From the NCBI GenBank assembly GCA_026987075.1, contig JALSNI010000078.1, positions 506 to 64,505 on the forward strand: 64,000 nucleotides of DNA. The letters are read 5' to 3'. This stretch comes from Persephonella sp. GTDB taxonomy: Bacteria > Aquificota > Aquificia > Aquificales > Hydrogenothermaceae. Of the stretch, positions 1-9,293 are shown piece after piece. Made by a program: the position numbers and the translations under genes. Below the pieces are notes generated by a model. That model did no database searches, was not told where the DNA came from, and was given only the letters and a program-made list of their open reading frames with translations. Within the stretch, counting starts at the first letter, position 1, and each line of letters begins with the position of its first letter.

Positions 1-550
1 TCAAAATAGGATTTTGAATTATGTAAAACTCATCATCATCTTTTGAAAAATAAGGAGCTTTTAATTTAAATTTAAACCAGATTGCAAAAGAGTGCTTAGG
101 AAGTTTATTAATATAATCTTGTAAGCCCGTAGGATTATCGTAAATTCCAGATATTAGTTTTATTTTTTGAATATTATTATCATTGTTAAAATTTATATAC
201 TCATTTTCTTTTTCAATTATCTCATTTTTTAACCAATTTAAAGGGAAATCTTTTAATGTTTCATTAGATTTATAATCTTTTAACTTTTTTGCTAATTGGT
301 TTTCACACTTATTTTTACTATTTCCAGCTTTTACACAATCATTTATCTCTTTCTTTAGAAACTTAAATTCATTTAAAAAGATGTGTTTGTTATTTCTGTT
401 TAGATACCAATTTTGTCCACTTCTAAAAAGATAATTTTCTATTTTTCCTTTGCTTTTTGGTTTAAAATAATATTTACAATAAGTTATATATTCAGCTAAA
501 TTCTCAACTTTTTCTATGTTTATTTCTATTGAGGCCTCAAACTTATTCAT
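1..550 (-). CDS. Type III CRISPR RAMP protein, Cmr6-like (partial; C-terminus runs off the window)
   Basis: Absent from the ORF track because it is open at the window edge. Hand translation of the minus strand from the ATG at 550-548 gives MNKFEASIEINIEKVENLAEY...KHSFAIWFKFKLKAPYFSKDDDEFYIIQNPIL with no in-frame stop down to position 1. ATGAATAA overlaps the stop of the upstream gene. A long variable N-terminus followed by an alternating hydrophobic strand and an NPI motif resembles Cmr6-type RAMPs. It sits directly downstream of cas6 and the cmr1-like gene. Confidence 0.45.
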   Translation of the reverse strand, partial: MNKFEASIEINIEKVENLAEYITYCKYYFKPKSKGKIENYLFRSGQNWYLNRNNKHIFLNEFKFLKKEINDCVKAGNSKNKCENQLAKKLKDYKSNETLKDFPLNWLKNEIIEKENEYINFNNDNNIQKIKLISGIYDNPTGLQDYINKLPKHSFAIWFKFKLKAPYFSKDDDEFYIIQNPIL

Positions 551-1631
551 CACTTATACCTTCCAAGTTTAATAAACCAGCAATAGATAGAAAACCACCT
601 TTAAGTTGTCCTTGTTCTTCATAATATATAAATGGAAGTATTTTAGAACCTTGAGGAACATAAGATAAATCTCTGGTATTACCTGTTTTCCCAAATATTT
701 TATGTCTTAATTCTTTATTTGTATTAAAGTTTGCTCTTTGTTTAGACTTCTCTTTTATTAATTTCTTTATCAGATTAATAAAAGAAGAATTGGAAACAGA
801 ATCTTCAAGTATCCTAATTTTTGAGTTTTGTTGTGTCAAGTCACGAAAATTGGTCACTACCAATAACAAATCGGAAAGTTTTTTATCCACCCATTCTTCA
901 TTTATCTGACTAAACAAAAATGTATCTTTTTCCCAATTATTTATTAACTTGTCGCCTGTTTTAACCTCTAAAATCTTTAACCTCCCATATCCTATATTCC
1001 ACTTTCCACCCCAAAAACCATATTTATCCATAAAGGTTAAAAGAGGATAAAAGATACTTTCTAAGATTTTTTCTTCTACCTTAAAAACAACTTGTAATTT
1101 TCCATAAAAGTAAGGATGGGCAAAGAAAAATACTGACCAATTATTGTTACTTTTTGGGGGACAATCTCTGTTTTCTTTGATTTCATAAGTCGATTTATTA
1201 AAACAAATTTTAGTAGGTAAGTTTAGCTTATTCCCAAAACAATAATCCTCTAAATACTTTATATCTTTAATCTCTACTAAACTTCTCCAGTTTGTAGTCC
1301 CAAAAATTATTGATGGTAAAGGTATATTTTGCTCTAAAAGACATTCTATTTTTGCTTCAAAGGAATTTCCTTTTTCAACTAAACATTTTTTAAACTTATC
1401 TCTATCAACTTCTTTTTCAAATCTACCTGATTTTTTATTGAAATCATCTTCGTCGCAAATTCTTGAAAAATAACAAATAACTTCAAACCAAAATCTCAAA
1501 CTTCCTATTAAAGAAGATGGTCTGATTTCACTATTATTTTGCCAGGCATCTCCAGTCCAGAGAGGAGTTATTGTTTTAAATTTTACCAATACTTCTTTTT
1601 TAGCCAATCTATAAAACCTCCACCATGCCAA
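543..1631 (-). CDS. cmr1: Type III-B CRISPR RAMP protein, Cmr1-like
   Basis: 362-aa ORF. The N-terminal TPLWTGD...EIRPSSLIGSLRFWFE matches the Cmr1-type RAMP motif. Glycine-rich loops GFWGGKWNIGYGRL and IFGKTGN are present. The ATG at 1631 overlaps the cas6 3' end; an alternative TTG at 1607 preceded by GGAGG would remove the overlap. Confidence 0.6.
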   Translation of the reverse strand: MAWWRFYRLAKKEVLVKFKTITPLWTGDAWQNNSEIRPSSLIGSLRFWFEVICYFSRICDEDDFNKKSGRFEKEVDRDKFKKCLVEKGNSFEAKIECLLEQNIPLPSIIFGTTNWRSLVEIKDIKYLEDYCFGNKLNLPTKICFNKSTYEIKENRDCPPKSNNNWSVFFFAHPYFYGKLQVVFKVEEKILESIFYPLLTFMDKYGFWGGKWNIGYGRLKILEVKTGDKLINNWEKDTFLFSQINEEWVDKKLSDLLLVVTNFRDLTQQNSKIRILEDSVSNSSFINLIKKLIKEKSKQRANFNTNKELRHKIFGKTGNTRDLSYVPQGSKILPFIYYEEQGQLKGGFLSIAGLLNLEGISDE

Positions 1632-2343
1632 AACCTTGGGAGTTTTTTGCTCCTAAGCCTGTGTCGTAAACAGTTTTAAATATTTCTGGGTCTGTTTTTA
1701 TTTTAAACTCTCCCTCATAGGCTTCTATTAGAAAATCTTTGTATTTTATTCTGGCTTTTCTTATGTTTTTGACTGGCTTTATTTCAAATGGGAAATCTTC
1801 TATTTTTTTGTTTTTCAGGATGTAGTATTTCTTTTTTATGTTTTCTTTTAAAAGGGTTTCAAACTCTTTATCATCTGGATTATAGTATTTATAGAATTTT
1901 TTGCCGTTTTTTTGCACTGTCTGGTAAGCTGTTATTGGAGACAGAGTTTTCACTGTCATTTCTTCACTAAACTCTGGCTTTGGTAGAACTTCTATGGCTT
2001 CTATATAAAGGTGATTTTTTCCAAGAGTTATTTTGTCTTTTTTTATAAAATTCTCTCCCCAGCTTTTTGATATATCATCAATTCCTGAGGATATGTAAAG
2101 CGTTATTGGAGTTTTGAATTTTATTCTTTTTCTGTCTTTCTGGATTATGAAATGCTCTGACATAATTTTGGAAAATGTGAAAAGTTTAAATTTTCTACCG
2201 TTGTAAAAGAATCCTATATCGTGCAGAAATTTGGATAAATAAGGGGGAAGACTTTTGTAAAGCATACCTTGAACTGTTGGTGAATGGTGCAAAGGTAAGG
2301 ATATATACTCCCTTTCAGAAGAAAGTTTTATTGACAGTCTCAT
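1609..2343 (-). CDS. cas6: CRISPR-associated endoribonuclease Cas6
   Basis: ORF track gives 1609..2367. I place the start at the ATG at 2343 (MRLSIKL...) because AGGGGGA precedes it. The C-terminal glycine-rich loop GLGAKNSQGFGMVEV is typical of Cas6. The gene is adjacent to an array whose repeat ends in the Cas6-type handle ATTGAAAC. Confidence 0.8.
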   Translation of the reverse strand: MRLSIKLSSEREYISLPLHHSPTVQGMLYKSLPPYLSKFLHDIGFFYNGRKFKLFTFSKIMSEHFIIQKDRKRIKFKTPITLYISSGIDDISKSWGENFIKKDKITLGKNHLYIEAIEVLPKPEFSEEMTVKTLSPITAYQTVQKNGKKFYKYYNPDDKEFETLLKENIKKKYYILKNKKIEDFPFEIKPVKNIRKARIKYKDFLIEAYEGEFKIKTDPEIFKTVYDTGLGAKNSQGFGMVEVL

Positions 2344-2611
2344 TTTCCCCCTCGCTGAATTTATCATAATAAATATAAATGCGTGATGTCAAATATTTTG
2401 TAATTGAGACAAAATAGAAGAATTAAGTGTACCTTTCCATAAAAAAACATTGATTGTCAATGGTTTGTCGATGTCTAAAAAACAGCTCTTTTTGAGACTC
2501 ATTTTCACAGGTTAAAACGGCAAAAATTAGGATTTTAGCCTTATATATCAACGATTTGTCAATCTCCAGGGTTTTTTGCAGGATTGGAGGTTGACAGAAA
2601 ATTAACTTCAT

Positions 2612-2640
2612 TTGACAGGATTTATAGTTTTTTGTATATT
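2612..2640 (+). promoter_or_regulatory. Candidate CRISPR leader promoter
   Basis: TTGACA (2612-2617), a 17-nt spacer, then TATATT (2635-2640), about 60 nt upstream of the first repeat. It lies in the AT-rich leader 2368-2700, which carries several further TTGACA/TGTCAA copies. Confidence 0.45.
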
Positions 2641-2700
2641 TAAAATCAGTTAAGTTTTACAACGGTTTCTTGACAACAGAATAGGAAATTAATTTTATGG

Positions 2701-3672
2701 GTTTTTAGCGTACCTATGAGGAATTGAAACTTTCCGGCAGGCTAAACGCATCAAGTATTGTTGCGTGTTTTTAGCGTACCTATGAGGAATTGAAACGAGA
2801 AGAAATACGAAAAACTCAAAAATAAAGACCCGTTTTTAGCGTACCTATGAGGAATTGAAACTAAGAGTTGGAAACGAAACTTATAAAGTGTTGGGAGTTT
2901 TTAGCGTACCTATGAGGAATTGAAACATAGCTTCAGTCTTTCTAAACCCGCTTTCTGCTATGTTTTTGTTTTTAGCGTACCTATGAGGAATTGAAACGAA
3001 AGGAGTTCAAGCCTGCAGAAATCAAAGCCTTAGCTGTTTTTAGCGTACCTATGAGGAATTGAAACAGATAATTTTATTGTATCAAAAATTTAGGAGGGAT
3101 AGTGTTTTTAGCGTACCTATGAGGAATTGAAACCTGGAGGAGTTGGATGGAGCAAGTCTGGATTGATTGTTTTTAGCGTACCTATGAGGAATTGAAACAC
3201 TTCAATTTCAAAAAAATAGAAATGGATAAAAATGAAAGTTTTTAGCGTACCTATGAGGAATTGAAACCTGGAGGAGTTGGATGGAGCAAGTCTGGATTGA
3301 TTGTTTTTAGCGTACCTATGAGGAATTGAAACACTTCAATTTCAAAAAAATAGAAATGGATAAAAATGAAAGTTTTTAGCGTACCTATGAGGAATTGAAA
3401 CAATATAAAATGCAGAATTTCATTAGTTTCAAGAATGTCCCGTTTTTAGCGTACCTATGAGGAATTGAAACACTTCGCCCCAAGTATCAGCTATAGGGTC
3501 AGTGAGTTGTTTTTAGCGTACCTATGAGGAATTGAAACCCTTGGGCTTCTATCTGTGCCTTCACTACTGCTTCCTGTTTTTAGCGTACCTATAAGGAATT
3601 GAAACAGAGTATATCCAGGACGAGAAATCTCACGAGAAGAATGTTTTTAGCGTACCTATGAGGAATTGAGGA
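2701..3672 (+). CRISPR. CRISPR array, 15 repeats and 14 spacers
   Basis: 30-bp repeat GTTTTTAGCGTACCTATGAGGAATTGAAAC starts at 2701, 2767, 2832, 2897, 2968, 3036, 3104, 3169, 3238, 3303, 3372, 3442, 3509, 3576 and 3643. Spacers are 35-41 bp. Repeat 14 has one G>A change (CCTATAAGG) and repeat 15 has a degenerate 3' end (..TTGAGGA), which places the leader at the 2700 side. The repeat 3' end ATTGAAAC is the canonical 8-nt crRNA 5' handle, so transcription is on the plus strand. Confidence 0.97.
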
Positions 3673-3691
3673 ATGGAATTATCCTTACTTA

Positions 3692-4084
3692 TTAATCTTC
3701 TAATATTTCTGGGAGTGATTTTAAAGTTTCTGTGTCTAACTTTTTTCGTATTTCTCCAAACTCTATGATTATCTGTATGTTTTCTTTTTTCAAGCAGTCT
3801 TCTGACGTCTCTTCTTTTAGATACTCTTCATACAAAAAGAAGTCTCCTACTTTGAGTGATAGAAGAGATATAATCATATTTGCATCTTTACACTGTGACA
3901 GCTGAAGCCATTTTACTGCTTCTGTGTAATGTCTTTCTGTAATGTGTTTGAGTGCTATAAAGAAATTTTTCAAGTCAGTGTCTTCTGTCTGGTCTATGAT
4001 TTGCTGTATATCTGCAGTTTTTAGAATCTTTCCGTTTTTTTGCAGAAATATTTTGAGTTTTTTCAGTTTTTCTGGCTGTATCAT
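3692..4084 (-). CDS. Hypothetical protein (130 aa)
   Basis: ORF whose start overlaps the stop of the upstream phosphatase gene by 4 nt (4081-4084). No motif recognised. Confidence 0.5.
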   Translation of the reverse strand: MIQPEKLKKLKIFLQKNGKILKTADIQQIIDQTEDTDLKNFFIALKHITERHYTEAVKWLQLSQCKDANMIISLLSLKVGDFFLYEEYLKEETSEDCLKKENIQIIIEFGEIRKKLDTETLKSLPEILED

Positions 4085-4512
4085 TTCTTTTTTTCAGATA
4101 GATTTTTTAAAAAATTAATCTGATGAAATGTATGGGGCTCAAATCCTTTTGCCATTACTCTGTTTAGAGCTTCTTCATAAGGAACTCCTGTATGTATCAG
4201 ATATCCAGCTAAAAATGTTCCACTTCTTGCCTGTCCATACTTGCAGTGGACTACAATCTTCTTTTCATTTTTTATCTCATCTATATACTGATAAACAGCT
4301 AAAAAGTCTTCCTCTGGTATTATCTGGTACATATCAAAAGGTATCCTTATAACTTCAAATCCTAAATCTTTTTGCCTTTCAGCAATAAAATCTCCATACT
4401 CTCCTTTCAGAAGATTTATCACAACGCTAACGCCTTTTTCTTTCCACTGCAGTAGCTCTTCAGGTTCTGGGACTCTACTACCTCCAAGATAATCGGTAAT
4501 CCATCTTATCAT
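4081..4512 (-). CDS. Dual-specificity / Cys-based protein phosphatase
   Basis: VVHCKYGQARSGTF contains the C-x5-R(S/T) phosphatase P-loop. Its start overlaps the gltX stop by 4 nt. Confidence 0.7.
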   Translation of the reverse strand: MIRWITDYLGGSRVPEPEELLQWKEKGVSVVINLLKGEYGDFIAERQKDLGFEVIRIPFDMYQIIPEEDFLAVYQYIDEIKNEKKIVVHCKYGQARSGTFLAGYLIHTGVPYEEALNRVMAKGFEPHTFHQINFLKNLSEKKK

Positions 4513-5945
4513 CCAAAATACTCCAGTGCTCTTTGTATTCTGTGTTTTACTCGCTCAACTCCTATTACCTCAACAAGCATTGATATGTCAACTCCAGATG
4601 TTTCTCCTGTTAGAGCTACTCTTATTGGCATAAATAGGTTTTTCCCTTTTACTCCAAGCTCTTTCTGTAGTTCTTTTGTGATTTTTTTGAACTCCTGTGC
4701 TGTTATGCTGTCTAAATCCTTTATCTTTTCATAAAAGGTTTGAACAACCCTGTATCCTGTTTCATCTTCTAAAAATTTCTTACCTTCTTCGCTGTAGTGA
4801 AAGTCATCAACAAAAAACGGCTTTGCCCTCTCTTCAATATCCATCAATGTTTCAAGACTGTCTCTTATGACTTCCAAAACCTTTTTGTAATATTCAAAGT
4901 CTGCTTTATAACCAAATCCTTCAAAAAACGGAACAGCTCTTTTTGTCAGATCATCAATATCTAATTTTTCTCTAATGTAAACGCCGTTAAGCCATCTGAG
5001 TTTTGCCCTATCAAAAACTGCTGGTGCGTTATGAACGTCTTCTATATCAAACTCTGAGATTATCTCTTCTTTTGACAGCACCTCGTTATCCCCTTTAGGG
5101 TGCCAGCCTAAAAGGGAAAGACCGTTAAACATTGCTTCTGATACATAACCATCATCTCTGAAAGCTCTTACAGAAACGGCTCCATGTCTTTTTGACAGCT
5201 TGCTTCTATCTTCTCCTAATATGATAGGCAGATGGGCAAATTCTGGCTCTTCAAATCCTAAAGCTCTGTATATCAGTATCTGCTTTGGTGTGTTTGATAG
5301 ATGGTCTTCTCCTCTGATTACATGGGTAATTTTCATCAATGCATCGTCAACAACCACCACAAAGTTATAAACAGGAGAGCCGTCAGACCGGACTATAACA
5401 AAATCTCCAAATTCGTCAACGTTTATCTCAACTTCTCCTTTTATCAGGTCTCTAAATGCTATAACCTCTCCATCTGGAACTCTGAATCTCCATACAAATG
5501 GCTTTCCTTCAGAAAGGAGTCTGTTTATCTCTTCTTCTGACAGGTTTCTACATTTTCCGCTGTATCTTGGTGGTCTGCCTTCTGCCAGTGCCTTTTTTCT
5601 TTCTGCTTCTAACTCTTCTGGTGTGCAGAAACATCTATAAATGTGGCCTGTTTCCTGAAGTTTCTTGACATACTGGTTGTAAATCTCTGTTCTCTCAGAC
5701 TGTCTGTAGGGTCCAAATTCTCCTCCCACATCTGGACCTTCGTCCCATTCTATTCCCAGCCATTTCAGGTCGTCTATCAGCATCTCTTCGTATTCTTTTT
5801 TAGACCTTTCTCTGTCGGTGTCTTCTATCCTGAGAACTAATTTCCCTCCTGTGTGTCTTGCGTATATGTAATTAAACAGGGCTGTTCTTGCATTTCCAAG
5901 GTGAAGGTATCCTGTTGGACTGGGGGCAAATCTAACTCTTACCAA
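4509..5945 (-). CDS. gltX: Glutamyl-tRNA synthetase
   Basis: N-terminal RFAPSPTGYLHLGNARTALFNY (HIGH-type motif) and KLSKRHG (KMSKS-type motif). The 478-aa length is typical. Confidence 0.95.
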   Translation of the reverse strand: MVRVRFAPSPTGYLHLGNARTALFNYIYARHTGGKLVLRIEDTDRERSKKEYEEMLIDDLKWLGIEWDEGPDVGGEFGPYRQSERTEIYNQYVKKLQETGHIYRCFCTPEELEAERKKALAEGRPPRYSGKCRNLSEEEINRLLSEGKPFVWRFRVPDGEVIAFRDLIKGEVEINVDEFGDFVIVRSDGSPVYNFVVVVDDALMKITHVIRGEDHLSNTPKQILIYRALGFEEPEFAHLPIILGEDRSKLSKRHGAVSVRAFRDDGYVSEAMFNGLSLLGWHPKGDNEVLSKEEIISEFDIEDVHNAPAVFDRAKLRWLNGVYIREKLDIDDLTKRAVPFFEGFGYKADFEYYKKVLEVIRDSLETLMDIEERAKPFFVDDFHYSEEGKKFLEDETGYRVVQTFYEKIKDLDSITAQEFKKITKELQKELGVKGKNLFMPIRVALTGETSGVDISMLVEVIGVERVKHRIQRALEYFG

Positions 5946-5968
5946 TCTCTCCTCCTGAAGCTTTTTTA

Positions 5969-6367
5969 TTATTTTATCAGATTGAGCACCAGCAGTGCTG
6001 TTAATACGCCAAGAACAAGGGAAAGCAGGGCTAATATTATAGATGATGTTCTTTTTATTTCTTTTTCTACAGATTCATTTATGTATCTGTTTTCTTCTTT
6101 CAGGTATTTTAACAGTTTTGACTTGCCTATATGTTTTTCAACTTTGTTCAGTCTAAAATTAAATCTTGCAATTTCAAGCCATCTATTTTCTGCGTGAAAG
6201 AACTGTTTTATTATCAGATAATCTCCTTCAATAGTTGCGGAGATTTTGTAAAAGTGTAAAAACTCTTTCAGCTTACAAAACTCTTCACTGCCCACTATTT
6301 CTTTTATTATCTGAAAAACTCTGCTGTCAAGGTCATTTTCTTTTAAAAGATTTTTTAGTGTTCCCAT
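5969..6367 (-). CDS. Hypothetical C-terminally membrane-anchored protein
   Basis: 132-aa ORF with one hydrophobic C-terminal helix (SSIILALLSLVLGVLTALLVLNLI). It lies 1 nt downstream of polX. Confidence 0.5.
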   Translation of the reverse strand: MGTLKNLLKENDLDSRVFQIIKEIVGSEEFCKLKEFLHFYKISATIEGDYLIIKQFFHAENRWLEIARFNFRLNKVEKHIGKSKLLKYLKEENRYINESVEKEIKRTSSIILALLSLVLGVLTALLVLNLIK

Positions 6368-6368
6368 C

Positions 6369-8132
6369 TTATTTTATAGCTCTGACTCCAAATTTTTTCC
6401 TTTTTTGGTTAACAAATTTCTGAATCTCTTTCCAGCTTCCTGTATTCAGAATATCTTTTTTTGTTGCCCATCCTCTTCTGGCAATGGACACTCCAATTTC
6501 CATAAATGCGAAATTCCCAAGATTGTGGGCATCTGTTGATATGACTAATTTTACTCCGTTTTCAACAGCTTTCCTTATCCATATTTCGTCTATGTCCATC
6601 CTTCGGGGCTGAGCATTTATCTCAAGGGCTGTTCCTGTCTCTTTTGCTGCCTTTATAACAGCATCCATATCAACAGGATATGGTTCTCTCAATCCTATAA
6701 GTCTGCCTGTAGGATGTCCTATAGCGTTAACGTATGGATTTTCCATTGCTTTTATTATTCTGTCTGTATTGTCCCTTGAAAAATGGCTGTGAACAGATGC
6801 AACGACCCAGTCAAGCTGAGATAGAACCTCATCTGACAGGTCAAGGGAGCCGTCAAGAAGGATGTCAACCTCTATTCCTTTTTTTACAAAATCCAGACCA
6901 GCCATTTTGTTTATCAGCTGTATCTCTTTTAGCTCTTCAAGGAGCCTTTCCTCATCAAGACCGTGGGCAACTCTCTGGGATTTTGAGTGGTCTGTTATTA
7001 CAATGTATTCGTATCTGTAATTTTTCCTGACAAAATCTACAATATCTTTTATTGATACCACTCCATCTGACCATGTTGAGTGAACGTGTAGGTCTCCTTT
7101 TATGTCCTTTAGCTCTACTAATTCAGGCAGTTTATGCTCCATTGCTGCTTCTATTTCACCTCTATCTTCCCTCAGCTCTGGTGGTATCCAGTCCATACCT
7201 ACTGCCTTATACACACTTTCTTCTGTTTCTCCTGCTACTTTTTCTTCTGTGTCTGCTTTGAATACGCCGTATTCGTTTATTTTTAGTCCCTTTTCTTTTG
7301 CTATTTCTCTCAGATGTATGTTGTGCTGTTTTGAGCCTGTAAAATACTGAAGTGCTGCTCCCCACTCTTCATCTTTGAATATTCTCAGGTCAACCTGTCT
7401 TTCTTTTCCTTCAAACTTCATTATCACAGAGGATTTTTTGGGACCTTTTACTAAAACTTCTGATACTTCCTCTAAAGATGTAAAAAAATCCATTATTTTC
7501 AGCCTGTCTTTGTCATCAGCTGTTACTAATATGTCTAAGTCTCCTATTGTTTCTTTTCTTCTTCTTGTGCTACCTACAACCTCTATTTTGTGAATCTCTT
7601 TTAGATTTTTTTTCAGCTTTTCTGTGAGATACCTTGATATCTGGAGAGCTTCCCACAGTATAATTCTTCTTTTTGATATCTCATACATCTGGAGGCCTTT
7701 GAGCATGTTTTCCACTTTTTTGGGTCCAAAGCCTTCAAGCTGCTCTATTCTACCGTCTTTGAGGGCTTTTATAAGCTCTTCTTTTGTGGATATTCCAAGT
7801 TCTTCGTATATCCTTTTGAGAGTTTTTGGACCAAATCCTGGAAGGTCTATCAGCTCTATAAAGTCTTCAGGGACTTTTTTCTTTAGCTCTTCATACTTTT
7901 GTATCTTTCCTGTTTTTACGTACTCTTCAATTTTTGAGGCAATGCTGGGTCCTATTCCTCTAATCATGTATAGCTTTCCTGTAGCTATGTAGTTTCTTAC
8001 GTCATCTGGCAGGTCTTCTATGATGTGGGCTGCTCTCTGGTATGCCATTGCCCTAAATCTGTCGTCTAAAAATTCATAAATAGCTGCCATTTTTTTGAAT
8101 ATATTTGCAAGGTCTTTGTTTATGTTATACAT
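6369..8132 (-). CDS. polX: Family X DNA polymerase with C-terminal PHP domain
   Basis: Helix-hairpin-helix region (GIGPSIASKI, GFGPKTLKRI), nucleotidyltransferase motif GSTRRRKETIGDLDILV and a PHP domain (DLHVHSTWSDG...ITDHS). The ATG at 8132 (MYNINK) is preceded by GAGGTG; the upstream ORF extension to 8195 is probably not translated. Confidence 0.85.
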   Translation of the reverse strand: MYNINKDLANIFKKMAAIYEFLDDRFRAMAYQRAAHIIEDLPDDVRNYIATGKLYMIRGIGPSIASKIEEYVKTGKIQKYEELKKKVPEDFIELIDLPGFGPKTLKRIYEELGISTKEELIKALKDGRIEQLEGFGPKKVENMLKGLQMYEISKRRIILWEALQISRYLTEKLKKNLKEIHKIEVVGSTRRRKETIGDLDILVTADDKDRLKIMDFFTSLEEVSEVLVKGPKKSSVIMKFEGKERQVDLRIFKDEEWGAALQYFTGSKQHNIHLREIAKEKGLKINEYGVFKADTEEKVAGETEESVYKAVGMDWIPPELREDRGEIEAAMEHKLPELVELKDIKGDLHVHSTWSDGVVSIKDIVDFVRKNYRYEYIVITDHSKSQRVAHGLDEERLLEELKEIQLINKMAGLDFVKKGIEVDILLDGSLDLSDEVLSQLDWVVASVHSHFSRDNTDRIIKAMENPYVNAIGHPTGRLIGLREPYPVDMDAVIKAAKETGTALEINAQPRRMDIDEIWIRKAVENGVKLVISTDAHNLGNFAFMEIGVSIARRGWATKKDILNTGSWKEIQKFVNQKRKKFGVRAIK

Positions 8133-8180
8133 TTTCACCTCTAATATATTTTTTTTCCGTAAAATTAAGATAAACCTGTT

Positions 8181-9293
8181 ATGAGGTTGGTGCAATTGAG
8201 CAGATTAGATGAGAAGTTTATGAGATTAGCCCTGAAAGAAGCTAAAAAAGGGAAGGGTTATACACATCCAAATCCTGCTGTTGGTGCAGTGATAGTAAAA
8301 AACGGCAAAGTAATAGGAAAAGGTTACCACAAAAAAGCAGGAATGCCCCACGCTGAAAGGGAAGCTATAAAAGATGCCCTGTCAAAAGGTGAAAATATAG
8401 AAGGTTCAACAATGTATGTGACACTGGAGCCGTGCTGTCATTACGGCAGAACTCCTCCATGCACAGAGGCAATAATAGACAGCAGAATAAAAAGGGTTGT
8501 TATAGCTACTTTAGACCCTAATCCTCAGGTTGCAGGGAAAGGAGCTGAGATACTAAAAAAGCAAGGTATTGAGGTTATTACAGGTATTTTAGAAAATCAG
8601 GCAAAAAAGCTCAATGAAGACTTTTTTGTTTACATACAGAAAAAAAGACCTTTTGTTCATATAAAAATTGCACAGACAGTTGACGGAAAGATAGCAACCC
8701 AGACAGGTTCATCAAAATGGATTACAGGAGAAAACGCAAGAAAGTATGCCCACAGACTGAGGAAAGAGGCAACAGCTGTTTTAGTGGGAGTGGGAACTGC
8801 TGTAAAGGATAACCCAGAGCTAACTGTCAGAAACTTTCCTTCAAAAAAACAGCCTTTGAGAGTATTGATAGATAAAAATCTAAAAACTCCTTTAGACCAC
8901 AAAATATTCAACAAAAAGGCAAAAACTGTTGTTTTTGTGTCAGAACTTGCAGATAGAGGCAAAATTCATCTTTTAGAGAAAAGGAGTAATATTCAGCTGA
9001 TAACACTACCACTATATGAGGGAAGATTTTTGATTAAGGATGTATTAGACAGTTTGTATAAAATGGAAGTTATGCATCTTCTCATTGAAGGGGGAAAAGA
9101 TGTTATAACACAGTTTTTTAAAGAGGGAATTTATGACAAGGTTTCCCTGTTCGTAGCTCCAAAAATTATCGGTGAAGACGGTATCTCTTCTGTTGGAGTA
9201 CTAAATATTAAAGATATCAGTGAAGCATTAAAACTCCAGATTGAAAGTATTAAAAAATTAGAGCCTGATATTTATTTAGAGCTTTATCCTTAA
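8181..9293 (+). CDS. ribD: Riboflavin biosynthesis deaminase/reductase RibD
   Basis: Deaminase zinc motifs HAEREA and PCCHYGRTPPC, followed by a reductase domain. The 370-aa length fits. Confidence 0.9.
   Translation: MRLVQLSRLDEKFMRLALKEAKKGKGYTHPNPAVGAVIVKNGKVIGKGYHKKAGMPHAEREAIKDALSKGENIEGSTMYVTLEPCCHYGRTPPCTEAIIDSRIKRVVIATLDPNPQVAGKGAEILKKQGIEVITGILENQAKKLNEDFFVYIQKKRPFVHIKIAQTVDGKIATQTGSSKWITGENARKYAHRLRKEATAVLVGVGTAVKDNPELTVRNFPSKKQPLRVLIDKNLKTPLDHKIFNKKAKTVVFVSELADRGKIHLLEKRSNIQLITLPLYEGRFLIKDVLDSLYKMEVMHLLIEGGKDVITQFFKEGIYDKVSLFVAPKIIGEDGISSVGVLNIKDISEALKLQIESIKKLEPDIYLELYP

Noticed and set aside
2423-2611. 62-aa ORF in the region between cas6 and the CRISPR array
   Set aside because: It lies in the AT-rich CRISPR leader, on the strand opposite to the array. 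It has no SD or recognisable motif and is most likely a chance ORF.
2701-3672. Self-targeting spacers (a match of any spacer to the rest of the window)
   Set aside because: I found no match by eye. A proper search needs BLAST against the whole genome and mobile-element databases.
6734-7992. Series of plus-strand ORFs inside polX. Similar antisense ORFs occur inside gltX, ftsH, tilS, sbcC, napA/napG/napH, nirS and the qNOR gene.
   Set aside because: All are antisense or out of frame relative to long ORFs with strong family motifs. They have low-complexity Ser/Leu/Phe-rich translations typical of the reverse frames of K/E-rich genes.
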